Origin: an uncultured virus (IMG/VR IMGVR_UViG_3300025646_000023)
Taxonomy: Duplodnaviria; Heunggongvirae; Uroviricota; Caudoviricetes
IMG/VR virus record: IMGVR_UViG_3300025646_000023
Strand: one strand, 5' to 3'
DNA length: 64,000 nt
Shown here: positions 1-8,466 of the stretch, in pieces
Layout: each line of letters starts with the position of its first letter
Numbering within the stretch: the first letter of the stretch is position 1
The notes under the pieces: model-generated
Seen by the model: the letters and a program-made list of their open reading frames with translations, nothing else
Told to the model about the DNA's origin: nothing
The model's database searches: none
Made by a program: the position numbers and the translations under genes

Positions 1-34
1 GAAATAAAATAGAGAGATACATTATCATATTGCC

Positions 35-820
35 GTGCATCTTCCTGACAGCATTGATACGGATCATGTTGTCATCTTGCAGAAGATCGACAAGATAATC
101 CTTGCTGCAGAGGAAAAAGAATATGACATTGGCTTTAGGCGTCGCCTTTATGCTCTAAGAAATCTTGTTGTTCACCACTCAGGTAAAGCACAAGACTTTA
201 AAGATGAGATTGAAAATCTTATCCATAAAAATAAGAACAAGATTTTGATTGTTGGTGCTTTACTTACAAGCTTAATCTTTATCCCTTATTTTGTACTAAC
301 TAGGACAACATGGTTGATGCCAAGACCAATTACTTGTAGGGAGTTTCCTACTAAAAGTAATCTGTATCCAGGCTCAATTCAGATCTGTATTAACGGTGTT
401 ACTAAAGCTTATTCTGTACAGAATGGTGACGTTGAATTAGATTTAACTTTTCTCCAGGCTCCTCGCCAGCGGGTGCAGATGGATGCTGTCTTCTGGATTG
501 CAGATCGGCTTGGTGATAAAACAGTTGATTATAAAGGTGAATACAATGTTGAGCGTATTAGGATCTACCACAATACATTACTTGTGGAAGATAAGGAAGA
601 GAAAGTTAGTGCCTGGTTGAATCCAATTGTACCTGTTGATGTACAACTTCCTCTCTGGTATTATGTTCGCTCTCTAAGGAATACTTATAACTTTGATCGT
701 ATGCCAGTGGAAGAGAAATTAACCAATCACCTCAAGCGTGTAGGTCCTCTACTTGCTGGTGTTGGCAGTATTGCTCTTACGGTTTATCGATTTATACGAG
801 CGGGTCGTACTATGGCTTAA
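35..820 (+). CDS. hypothetical membrane-anchored protein
   Basis: 261-aa ORF with GTG start; hydrophobic segments ILIVGALLTSLIFIPYFVL and VGPLLAGVGSIALTVY. Confidence 0.6.
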   Translation: MHLPDSIDTDHVVILQKIDKIILAAEEKEYDIGFRRRLYALRNLVVHHSGKAQDFKDEIENLIHKNKNKILIVGALLTSLIFIPYFVLTRTTWLMPRPITCREFPTKSNLYPGSIQICINGVTKAYSVQNGDVELDLTFLQAPRQRVQMDAVFWIADRLGDKTVDYKGEYNVERIRIYHNTLLVEDKEEKVSAWLNPIVPVDVQLPLWYYVRSLRNTYNFDRMPVEEKLTNHLKRVGPLLAGVGSIALTVYRFIRAGRTMA

Positions 821-1009
821 TGAATTCTTTGCTTGTGCATCAATGCCAAATGATGCAAGCGTTGAAGTAAACACAGCTGCTACAAATGTAGGATCCATCT
901 TTTCTAACTTGCCTGCATAACCTAAGGTTAATAATGCAGAAGACCAGAACAAGATAAAGATTCTAACAATTGTGTGAGCAGATAAGTTTTTACTTTTTCT
1001 TTCCGCCAT
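749..1009 (-). CDS. small two-TM membrane protein (holin-like possible)
   Basis: Likely start MAERKSK at 1009; two hydrophobic helices (IVRIFILFWSSALLTLGY, FVAAVFTSTLASFGI). Confidence 0.55.
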   Translation of the reverse strand: MAERKSKNLSAHTIVRIFILFWSSALLTLGYAGKLEKMDPTFVAAVFTSTLASFGIDAQAKNSLSHSTTRSYKSINRKSNTANTSK

Positions 1010-1103
1010 TCTTAGCTTTACGTGCGGTTGCATTACCGCTGTTTTGCTTGGCATTCTGCCTGGCAGTTGCCTGCTTACCTTTTTTATTTTTGGGTTTGGA
1101 CAT
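990..1103 (-). CDS. small Lys-rich basic peptide (37 aa, MSKPKNKKGKQATARQNAKQ...GGKKK)
   Basis: Translated by hand; not in the ORF track; TAGAAT-like box upstream; overlaps the next start codon. Confidence 0.5.
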   Translation of the reverse strand: MSKPKNKKGKQATARQNAKQNSGNATARKAKNGGKKK

Positions 1104-1170
1104 ATTTAATCATTTCTTCTCTTGCTATTCTATGGGATCTGAGTACAGTGTTCACGAACTCCACCAACCA

Positions 1171-1344
1171 ATGGAACCCCAGCGCATCCGCGACATCAAA
1201 GCCTCCCTTTACGACATGTCAATGGAGGAACTTCAGGACATGAGTGATGATCTCTCAAATCTCATCTCAGTCTTAATTACACGCCAGGTTGCAGTGGAAG
1301 ATGCAATCTTGGATCGTCTAGAAGCTGCTTTTACCAGAAGCTGA
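1171..1344 (+). CDS. hypothetical helical protein (MEPQRIRDIK...)
   Basis: 3' part of ORF 970-1344; TGA overlaps the ATG of the dCMP deaminase gene. Confidence 0.6.
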   Translation: MEPQRIRDIKASLYDMSMEELQDMSDDLSNLISVLITRQVAVEDAILDRLEAAFTRS

Positions 1345-1808
1345 TGGATGCTACAGAACACCGGTGGCACCAGCGTTTCATGCGATTAGCGCGTGAAGTT
1401 TCCACCTGGAGTAAAGATCCTAGTACACAAGTTGGTTGTGTATTAGTTAGAGAAAAGAAAGTATTAAGTACTGGATATAACGGTTTTCCTAAAAACATTA
1501 GTGACAACTTAAACCGTCTTATTGATCGGGAACAGAAGTATGAAATCACTGTTCATGCTGAAGTTAATGCCGTCACTTCTGCTGCCCTTCACGGTGTCAG
1601 TACTGAAGGATCTATTGCTTATGTCACTTTCAACCCATGCTCTCGCTGTGCTGCTGTACTTATCAATGCTGGTGTGGTATCCGTCTATAGCGATGGAGCC
1701 GCACCAATCCCTAATCGTTGGTTAGAAAACTTCATACTTGCCAGCAAATTACTTGCTGAAGCTGGCGTACACTACGACACAATCGATCCTCAATCTGAGA
1801 TTCCCTGA
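1344..1808 (+). CDS. dCMP deaminase
   Basis: SKDPSTQVG, TGYNG, HAEVNA and PCSRC zinc-binding motifs of the deoxycytidylate deaminase family. Confidence 0.93.
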   Translation: MDATEHRWHQRFMRLAREVSTWSKDPSTQVGCVLVREKKVLSTGYNGFPKNISDNLNRLIDREQKYEITVHAEVNAVTSAALHGVSTEGSIAYVTFNPCSRCAAVLINAGVVSVYSDGAAPIPNRWLENFILASKLLAEAGVHYDTIDPQSEIP

Positions 1809-2563
1809 TGAACACCCTACTCGCAACAGCTTCTTACGTTGGTGAGAAATTCATGGATAACGGCCTCAGGTTCATGCAAATGAATTTACCTAAGGTAGGT
1901 AACTCAGGTGCAATTGCTCCGGTATTTGTTGTACCTAATAAAGCAGCTGGTGAAACATTTGATGTGTTCCAACCAGGAGCAAACCTTTTAGTCAGTGGTC
2001 GTTTATATCCAAATCGCCAGGACTACAAGATGTATTTAGTTCCTAATCAGGTCATTCAAGTTGCACCTCCTACTTTGGTTGTTAATCAAGTTAACCTTGC
2101 TGGTGGTGTTGGTTTTATTCCTGATCAAACTAAAGAAGATCTTTTTACATTTTCATTAATGTGCTCAGCTCCTGCACAGCAGATCCTTGGCCACACCTGG
2201 GATGACAGCCTGTCCTTCCGCATGGAAGCGTGGGGTGATGATGCCAAACGTATGAGCGCTAACCTGCATGTCGGTAGACAGATTGCTGTAACAGGCGTTC
2301 TTCGTTACAACACCTGGACAACACAAGATGGCCAACATCGTGGCATCTATCAGGTGCGTGTCAAGAGTGGTACTTATGCTTTCTTTGGAAAGAATAAAAA
2401 GAAAGAGGAGGAGAAAGAACTGAGGGCTATTAACACGGGTAATCGGTTTGAGTCGCCAGCAGCTGTTGTGGCTGAGCCCTATCAGTCTGCAGTTCAGTTG
2501 CCACCACTGCAACAGGACACGCCTATTACCACAGCTGGTAGCACTGACGACATTCCTTTCTGA
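1808..2563 (+). CDS. ssb: single-stranded DNA-binding protein, probably two OB folds
   Basis: EAWG..A, GRQIAVTGVLRYNTW OB-fold pattern; acidic DDIPF C-terminal tail; N-terminal half has a second VSGRL motif. Confidence 0.85.
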   Translation: MNTLLATASYVGEKFMDNGLRFMQMNLPKVGNSGAIAPVFVVPNKAAGETFDVFQPGANLLVSGRLYPNRQDYKMYLVPNQVIQVAPPTLVVNQVNLAGGVGFIPDQTKEDLFTFSLMCSAPAQQILGHTWDDSLSFRMEAWGDDAKRMSANLHVGRQIAVTGVLRYNTWTTQDGQHRGIYQVRVKSGTYAFFGKNKKKEEEKELRAINTGNRFESPAAVVAEPYQSAVQLPPLQQDTPITTAGSTDDIPF

Positions 2564-2617
2564 TTACTTTTCTTAATACTCGATGACATTCTGATCTAGC
2601 CTTTTCAGACTAGGGTG

Positions 2618-2726
2618 GGTTGGGAACCTGGTTGTAGTCACTCCGCCTACAACCCTTTCATCTTCAGGCCAGTGCCAGCATTTGCTGTTCAGGTGCAACT
2701 CCTGTTCTGAAGACCGTCCCATAACC
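2618..2726 (+). ncRNA. putative structured RNA leader with a T-loop-like hairpin
   Basis: Nested stems ggttgtag/ctacaacc, tcttcag/ctgaaga, cagc/gctg, cagg-TGCAACT-cctg. Confidence 0.45.
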
Positions 2727-2734
2727 TGACTGTA

Positions 2735-3658
2735 ATGTCTGTACTTGATCGTTACCTAAATACTGAAAAGTACCAAGGTGAAATGCGCGATCTGGTTAAT
2801 GCCCAGATCCTTAATGACAAATCACAATGTGGTTTGTTCCTCAAAGATACTGCACTCTCTCGCATTGGTTGGACTGGTAAAGTTAGCCAGTTTCCTAAAG
2901 CAGAAGAGTACACCCACACCTATAACAATGGTGACAAAAACGATGGAATCTTTTTCAAGACTCCTCGTATGGTCATCCTCCACTGTGGCTTCCGTAAGGA
3001 CGTAACCTTCATCGAGAACTCTGATAAGGGTCAGATTGAAGGCATGTATCCCCGTGATGCATCCGTCTATGACGAGTGGGAAGTAGCTAACCCTGGTAAG
3101 CCCCACCCTTATCGTCGTCGTCGCCTCATCCTCATGTTCCTGGTGGATGAGAATGGTGTTGCTGTGCACAAGAAGCCACTGATCCTCTCGATCCATGGCG
3201 GTGCATCCAACCTGTTCTGTGATGCTTACTCCACGTTCATTGAGCAGTTGGAGTCTGCTTTTGCAAATCGCATGGGTCTGAAGTCTGCTGCTGGTTTTGA
3301 TGCCAAGCAGAGTGCTGCTGCAATCTTCACTCCGACATTTGGTTCACAGCTGTATGGCGGTGAGCGGGCGAAGAGCTGGATTGCTTACCCTGAGAAGTGG
3401 GTTACCCCCACTGCTGAGAAGGTCGAGGACTTCTTCCCTAAAGATGCATCTGACATTGACTTCATTGAAGATGTTTGGGAGACCTGCCCTCCTACCGTTT
3501 ATGCAGACAGCTTCTTCAAGCAATGCGAGAAGGAGATTGGCTACCATGCTATCAAGCCTGGCCTTGATTTCACGCTGCCTCCAGTGGAATCCAGTGGTGC
3601 TAGCTCCCGTGTCCTGACCGGTGCACGTGATCCAGAGACAGGTGAGATCGAGCTTTGA
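2735..3658 (+). CDS. conserved cyanobacterial/phage protein (DUF5895-like), putative ssDNA-binding or annealing protein
   Basis: Follows ssb; C-terminal DPETGEI motif like that of phage single-strand annealing proteins; followed by a terminator. Confidence 0.55.
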   Translation: MSVLDRYLNTEKYQGEMRDLVNAQILNDKSQCGLFLKDTALSRIGWTGKVSQFPKAEEYTHTYNNGDKNDGIFFKTPRMVILHCGFRKDVTFIENSDKGQIEGMYPRDASVYDEWEVANPGKPHPYRRRRLILMFLVDENGVAVHKKPLILSIHGGASNLFCDAYSTFIEQLESAFANRMGLKSAAGFDAKQSAAAIFTPTFGSQLYGGERAKSWIAYPEKWVTPTAEKVEDFFPKDASDIDFIEDVWETCPPTVYADSFFKQCEKEIGYHAIKPGLDFTLPPVESSGASSRVLTGARDPETGEIEL

Positions 3659-3684
3659 GCTAGACTCCTAACGTGGATTGTTCA

Positions 3685-3709
3685 GCCGCTCCTTCGGGGG
3701 CGGTTTTTT
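3685..3709 (+). terminator. rho-independent terminator
   Basis: gccgctcc-ttcg-ggggcggt followed by a T run. Confidence 0.8.
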
Positions 3710-3962
3710 ATTCTTGATAATATTTCCTAACTACATCTGCTTCTAAATTTGCTAAACGATTAATCAAACTTCTAATAACTGCCTGGCGTTGTACTGCTAA
3801 TTGCAAGAGCTTCAATGCACCTGCTCGTAGTACATCAGGATCCTTTGCTGCTTCTAGTTCCTTCGTTAACTTTGTTAAGAGAAACTCATCTTCTAAAGAA
3901 AGATCAAAGTCATCAGGGTCAAACTTAAATTCAATTAATTCAAAGCCAGACATTATTGACAT
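3708..3962 (-). CDS. NblA-like protein (divergent)
   Basis: LSLEDEF followed by two amphipathic helices ending QRQAVIRSLI; resembles NblA LSLEQQF...RE...QELL. Confidence 0.5.
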   Translation of the reverse strand: MSIMSGFELIEFKFDPDDFDLSLEDEFLLTKLTKELEAAKDPDVLRAGALKLLQLAVQRQAVIRSLINRLANLEADVVRKYYQE

Positions 3963-4021
3963 GGCATAATGTTCAGTTTAAACATTAAACATTTAACGTC
4001 AAGTAATTATTGTTACTGCGC

Positions 4022-4049
4022 TTGACACCACAGGCTGAGATCCTAGACT
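4022..4049 (+). promoter_or_regulatory. sigma70-type promoter
   Basis: TTGACA-16 nt-TAGACT upstream of the ATG at 4078. Confidence 0.6.
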
Positions 4050-4077
4050 GCTACTGGCTTCTCGGCTCTCAACTACA

Positions 4078-4209
4078 ATGGCAAAGAAATCCTTAAGCGG
4101 CAACATTCACAAAGAAGCCGTTCCCAAGCGCACTTCTATTGGCCATGGCCGTCGCAAGCGCGGATCTTTTAAAAGGTCCAAGCAGTATCGCGGCCAAGGC
4201 AAAGGCTAA
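4078..4209 (+). CDS. small basic protein (MAKKSLSG...YRGQGKG, 43 aa)
   Basis: Translated by hand; directly downstream of a promoter; C-terminal YRGQG resembles small basic phage proteins. Confidence 0.7.
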   Translation: MAKKSLSGNIHKEAVPKRTSIGHGRRKRGSFKRSKQYRGQGKG

Positions 4210-4263
4210 TTGCCAGACCTGAGTAAGTCTTAAAACTGCTCTCGCACACACCACCACAACGTA

Positions 4264-5130
4264 ATGACCGTAACGGAAGCCCTTCTCTCAGAAGCTCAGC
4301 GTCTCGTTTATGGACGCAAAAGAATTATTGATTCCCTGTATCAAGAAGATCCAGATAAGTTCAAACTTTTACAAGCAACTGATATTCAATCGATCTCTCT
4401 CCAGGAAGATCTTGTTTGCTTAGATCTTGCAGATACCCAACTCTATATAGAGCGCTCAAAAATCCTAAAAAATTTCTGGGAGCACCGTACTCGTACACCT
4501 TCTTACTTTGATTACAAGATTTGGAGCCAGGCACTAACCTCTCGGCCCTGGCAAGGCACTCCCATTGCTGCTCTTGATTACGGTCCTTCTACAACTTCAG
4601 ATGCACTGCAGCCTCTGCTAGGTCGTCCTCCCCGTATCCAAACAGACAAAGATGGCGTGCAGAAGCTTTACTTTGTCATGGAGAAAGAAGAGATGTGTAG
4701 CTGTGGTTCATGGGACCAGCTACACACGCAGCGCCAAGAGTTGGAAGAAGAGTTCAAGCGCTATACAACCATTCAGTTCAAGCCCATCTGTAAGCATTTG
4801 CAGTGGTGTTCAGCCAACATGATGCTTCATGCTCTGCGGTTTGAAGCCAGGGAGAAAGAGCGTGAGTACAACCCACGGATCTGTGTCTACTACTTTGATC
4901 ATCGCCGTGGTCTCCTCCTCTATCGCATCACTTACGATGGCCTGAAGGATAAAGGTCAGTGGCTGCCGGTTGCTGGTTGGAAGGAGAAAGCTGTCTATGA
5001 CAGCAATCACATGCCAACTGGTGCTTGTTGGGAGATGTTTACCAATGCACTCACACAAGATCCTCCCTTCAAATTGTCTCCGTACTCACAGACCCTTGGC
5101 GCTATCATGAGTTCCACCCGCGCTAGGTAA
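4264..5130 (+). CDS. SWIM-type zinc finger protein
   Basis: CSC...CKH pattern (MCSCGSW...PICKHL). Confidence 0.6.
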   Translation: MTVTEALLSEAQRLVYGRKRIIDSLYQEDPDKFKLLQATDIQSISLQEDLVCLDLADTQLYIERSKILKNFWEHRTRTPSYFDYKIWSQALTSRPWQGTPIAALDYGPSTTSDALQPLLGRPPRIQTDKDGVQKLYFVMEKEEMCSCGSWDQLHTQRQELEEEFKRYTTIQFKPICKHLQWCSANMMLHALRFEAREKEREYNPRICVYYFDHRRGLLLYRITYDGLKDKGQWLPVAGWKEKAVYDSNHMPTGACWEMFTNALTQDPPFKLSPYSQTLGAIMSSTRAR

Positions 5131-5231
5131 TTGGATTACTTCACCACAGCAGCAATCTGGCTTGTCATGGGTTTCTGCTTTGGTGTTTTGCTTTACGAAT
5201 TCTTTGCAGGTCCACCACCCCGTTTCTAATC

Positions 5232-5828
5232 ATGGCTGACAAATTGAGCCTCATTCAAATTGCTGAATCCATCCAGCACATCGGCTTTCTTAAGGACATG
5301 CCTGACATCCCAGAGGATGAAAGGGCAATGCTGGAGCAGCATCTCGCTGATCTTGCTTCTCGCCAGGAGTCCAAGTTTGATGCCATCATTGGCATGATCA
5401 AAAAGTGTGATGCTTATATCGAAGCATTACAAACTGAGCTGAATGAAGTAAAAGAAAACCTTGATGCTTGGAAGAAAAATAGAGAGAAGATGGTTTCTAT
5501 TATCAAGTTTGCTTACCAGCAAAATCTCATTGATAACAAACCAACTGGCCTTAAGTATCAAGCTACAATCCGTAAAGTTAAGCCACGTCTAGTGGATAAC
5601 TTTGATCATTGGGAAGAAGAAGATCGCCAGGAGTTTGGTCTTCGTAAGACCACAACAATTACACGGATCAAAGACAACACTGTCCTTGATGTAAAGCAAG
5701 AAGATCTTCCTGATAAAGATAGGATCCGCCAGGAGTTAGAAAAAGATTCAGGTGCTGCACCTGGTCCGTCACAACTTGTTCCTGGTTTCTCCTTTGCTTA
5801 TGAACGTCGTAAGCGCTTAGCAACTTGA
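5232..5828 (+). CDS. siphovirus Gp157-like coiled-coil protein
   Basis: [11 protein letters not shown]...[11 protein letters not shown] coiled coil and a late PDKDRI motif typical of Gp157/Gam-like proteins. Confidence 0.6.
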   Translation: MADKLSLIQIAESIQHIGFLKDMPDIPEDERAMLEQHLADLASRQESKFDAIIGMIKKCDAYIEALQTELNEVKENLDAWKKNREKMVSIIKFAYQQNLIDNKPTGLKYQATIRKVKPRLVDNFDHWEEEDRQEFGLRKTTTITRIKDNTVLDVKQEDLPDKDRIRQELEKDSGAAPGPSQLVPGFSFAYERRKRLAT

Positions 5829-5967
5829 TTCAGTAAGCCGTAATGATTGGTTGGGTGTTCTTACTTGTTATTAGCTAAAAACCCTTGCAACAATATAATG
5901 TTGTATGGTTTGATGCTTAACAATGCTAGTTATTAACCCTATACTTAGAGCACCCAAACAATCTGAA

Positions 5968-6171
5968 ATGGCTCTCTCTGCTCAAGTTAAAGAAGGTATC
6001 CAACAATCAGCAGCAACATTGCGAGAAACTCTTGCTTTTGCTGCACGTACTGAACATCCTGTTGTTATTTCTAGCATTACAGATGTTTTAGTTCGTTTAG
6101 AATCCCTAGAATCCGTGGAAGAAATCATGGATAAATATGGTAAACCAAGGGAACTTCCAAAGAACATATAG
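5968..6171 (+). CDS. hypothetical protein (MALSAQVKEG...)
   Basis: ORF track; probable internal ATG start. Confidence 0.65.
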   Translation: MALSAQVKEGIQQSAATLRETLAFAARTEHPVVISSITDVLVRLESLESVEEIMDKYGKPRELPKNI

Positions 6172-6340
6172 GACCAGGCAAAAGCTTTGGCACCTATGGG
6201 CTAAAGCTCTAGGAGAAAAAACAGGACGTACAAAATCAGAAGCGGATCAAGTTGCCCTGATCCGCTCTGTTATTTTCTTCAGTTATTTTTTAACTAATTG
6301 TTTCATTGTGGCAGGTGTTATCCGCCACTGGAACAATTAA
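6137..6340 (+). CDS. small membrane protein (LWAKALGEK type)
   Basis: ORF with a C-terminal hydrophobic helix; resembles small cyanophage proteins. Confidence 0.6.
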   Translation: MVNQGNFQRTYRTRQKLWHLWAKALGEKTGRTKSEADQVALIRSVIFFSYFLTNCFIVAGVIRHWNN

Positions 6341-7095
6341 CGACCGCGGCTGCCGCCCTTACGACCGCCCATTCCCTTGCGACCATTGCCAGAACTCTTG
6401 CGAGTCTGACCGGTTGCTTCCCTCAGACCAGAAATACGCTTGGCTGAGATGCCGCCAGGAGTCCTGCGGCTTTTCTTTTTCTCGCCTGATTCACTCTTAG
6501 AACCGTACTTTGCCTTAGCAGCTTCAATGTACTGTTCGTACTTAGCTTGTGCTTTCTCTTTACGAGCTAACAAACGTTCACGGCGGCGATCAAACGCTTC
6601 CTGTTGAGCTGGAGTTAACTCACGCCGTTCTTTTGAGCCACGCTCAGAACGATTCTCTCTTGCTGCCTTTAAGCGGTCTAATTTTGAACGCCGGGCTTCA
6701 GCATTGTCGCCACGGAACATACGCTCTTCCCCGTTGGCACGACGAGGACCTGCACCGCCTTTACGACCTTGGCCGCGACCGCCCATTCCACGAGGAGTAC
6801 GTTCCTCTCCATCAGCACGACGAGGACCTAAGCCAGCCTTGCGACCTTGGCCACGACCGCCCATTCCACGAGGTGTGCGCTCTTCTCCGTCCATACCACG
6901 AGGAGTGCGACCGCCTACACCACGTTCGCCTGCTGCTTTACGACCAGCACCTTTGCGACCTTGGCCAGGACCACGCGTACCTTCTCCACGTGCTTTACGG
7001 CCCTGACCTTTACGGCCTTGGCCCCTACCTCCCGTAGAAGGTGCACCGCCGCCTAGAAAATTTTCTGCGGATTCGGTAAGAATAAATTCATTCAT
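6337..7095 (-). CDS. Arg/Gly/Lys-rich basic low-complexity protein
   Basis: 252-aa ORF; GQGRK repeats and a ~26-aa repeat GEERTPRGMGGRGQGRK; TATAAT upstream. Confidence 0.75.
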   Translation of the reverse strand: MNEFILTESAENFLGGGAPSTGGRGQGRKGQGRKARGEGTRGPGQGRKGAGRKAAGERGVGGRTPRGMDGEERTPRGMGGRGQGRKAGLGPRRADGEERTPRGMGGRGQGRKGGAGPRRANGEERMFRGDNAEARRSKLDRLKAARENRSERGSKERRELTPAQQEAFDRRRERLLARKEKAQAKYEQYIEAAKAKYGSKSESGEKKKSRRTPGGISAKRISGLREATGQTRKSSGNGRKGMGGRKGGSRGR

Positions 7096-7296
7096 GAGAG
7101 ACTCCTTTGGAAATGGAGCGAGCCATTAATCTTTAACTAGATTCAATTTATATTATACTATTCTTCTTTTCTTAATCAGTTAGCTATTAGTTCTAAGGTC
7201 AGCTGAAGAATACTAAGAACTTTAACTGCATACCCACACCTCCCCTAGTCAACAGCAAACCGCCCCGCTAGTCTCGGTGCGCACTTTGCTTTGCCC

Positions 7297-7623
7297 ATGG
7301 CTTCTGAATACTACTTCAAGGACTACGAGAACTATCTTCTGTTATTTAAACAGCATTCAGCAATGGTTGCTGAAATGATGGGTGCACTCAATGATCGGAT
7401 CTTTGATCGTGGTTTGTCCCCAGTTGAAAGTCACAAGTTATTCAGAATGACCTTGGATCTTCTCTATGATGTGAATCGAACTTATAAAGAGCAAAATAAA
7501 TTACCTGATGAATACGAACTTGTAACTTTTCCTAAAGCTGATGAAGTGCTTAATTCAATGCGATCTCTCCTCAAAGAGGAGCTTGATCGGTACCTGGGAT
7601 CTAGCGATGCAACCAACCAATGA
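7297..7623 (+). CDS. hypothetical protein
   Basis: ORF track (ATG at 7297). Confidence 0.6.
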   Translation: MASEYYFKDYENYLLLFKQHSAMVAEMMGALNDRIFDRGLSPVESHKLFRMTLDLLYDVNRTYKEQNKLPDEYELVTFPKADEVLNSMRSLLKEELDRYLGSSDATNQ

Positions 7624-7783
7624 AACCACCAAATCCTGGATCTGTGATGTTAATGAGGAAGGTATTCTTATCGTCCCAGACGATCTATGGGAAGAGCTTG
7701 ATTGGGAGATTGGAGATGAAATTGAATTCATTGATAACGAAGATGACACCTTCTCGATGGTTAAAGTAAATGAAACTATCTGA
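7607..7783 (+). CDS. AbrB/MazE/SpoVT-like DNA-binding protein
   Basis: GILIVPDDLWEELDWEIGDEIEF pattern. Confidence 0.7.
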   Translation: MQPTNETTKSWICDVNEEGILIVPDDLWEELDWEIGDEIEFIDNEDDTFSMVKVNETI

Positions 7784-8183
7784 ACTCATCAATAAACTCC
7801 AGCGTCTTCACGATCTTTATCCAAACATTGATCCTGAAGTTACAATTACTGAAGTTGTCTACAGACCTTTTGATAAAGAAAAAGAAGATCCTGAGTTTTA
7901 TTGTCGATCAATATATGATCTAACATGTTTTGAACTACAAACATTTGTTAACATCCCTTCTGAACAACTCTTCTCTGAACGTGGTCCTTACTTAAATATC
8001 TTCTATGAAGGTGAAGTCATTCATCGACCTGAAGATTACTGGAAAAACAACTACTTCACGCAACATGCAAACAAACAAACTGGCAGCATTCATTCAAGCA
8101 GCTGCACAACAACAGAACCAGGAACTTCACTGGATCAGCAGTCTCTATCAACAGAGATTGAAGACTCTTACGGAAACAAATAA
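7770..8183 (+). CDS. hypothetical protein
   Basis: ORF track; overlapping start/stop with neighbours. Confidence 0.6.
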   Translation: MKLSELINKLQRLHDLYPNIDPEVTITEVVYRPFDKEKEDPEFYCRSIYDLTCFELQTFVNIPSEQLFSERGPYLNIFYEGEVIHRPEDYWKNNYFTQHANKQTGSIHSSSCTTTEPGTSLDQQSLSTEIEDSYGNK

Positions 8184-8253
8184 GAAATATAATGAATGGA
8201 TAAAGTCTCAATGTAATGAAGACACACAAGCCATTAGATCCGAAACAACCTGA
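8065..8253 (+). CDS. hypothetical protein (MQTNKLAAF...)
   Basis: 3' part of ORF 8005-8253. Confidence 0.4.
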   Translation: MQTNKLAAFIQAAAQQQNQELHWISSLYQQRLKTLTETNKKYNEWIKSQCNEDTQAIRSETT

Positions 8254-8434
8254 TCTAGTGTGTCGTTCTTGCGGTGGTGACTGGGGTTTATGGTGGGACG
8301 GTGGTGACTACTCCGGACCACCTACTAACTGTTCAATATTTGCTCCAGGTAAATGTGGTGTTTGCGGTAAAAATACAGCTGTAACTAAACCAGGTAATTA
8401 CGGATATTTAAAAGAAGGCTGGCAAAATCTTTGA
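8216..8434 (+). CDS. small Cys-rich (zinc-ribbon) protein
   Basis: CRSC...CGVC motifs. Confidence 0.6.
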   Translation: MKTHKPLDPKQPDLVCRSCGGDWGLWWDGGDYSGPPTNCSIFAPGKCGVCGKNTAVTKPGNYGYLKEGWQNL

Positions 8435-8466
8435 TAGAGTAGGTAAGGCAACCATTTATATTTGTT

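Noticed and set aside
1171..1344. Third NblA-like gene
   Set aside because: Has a DMS.EEL helix start but lacks the N-terminal L.LE.EF motif; too weak
2661..2716. Canonical tRNA gene
   Set aside because: Too short, with no D-arm or proper anticodon arm and no TTC in the loop; kept only as a tRNA-like structure
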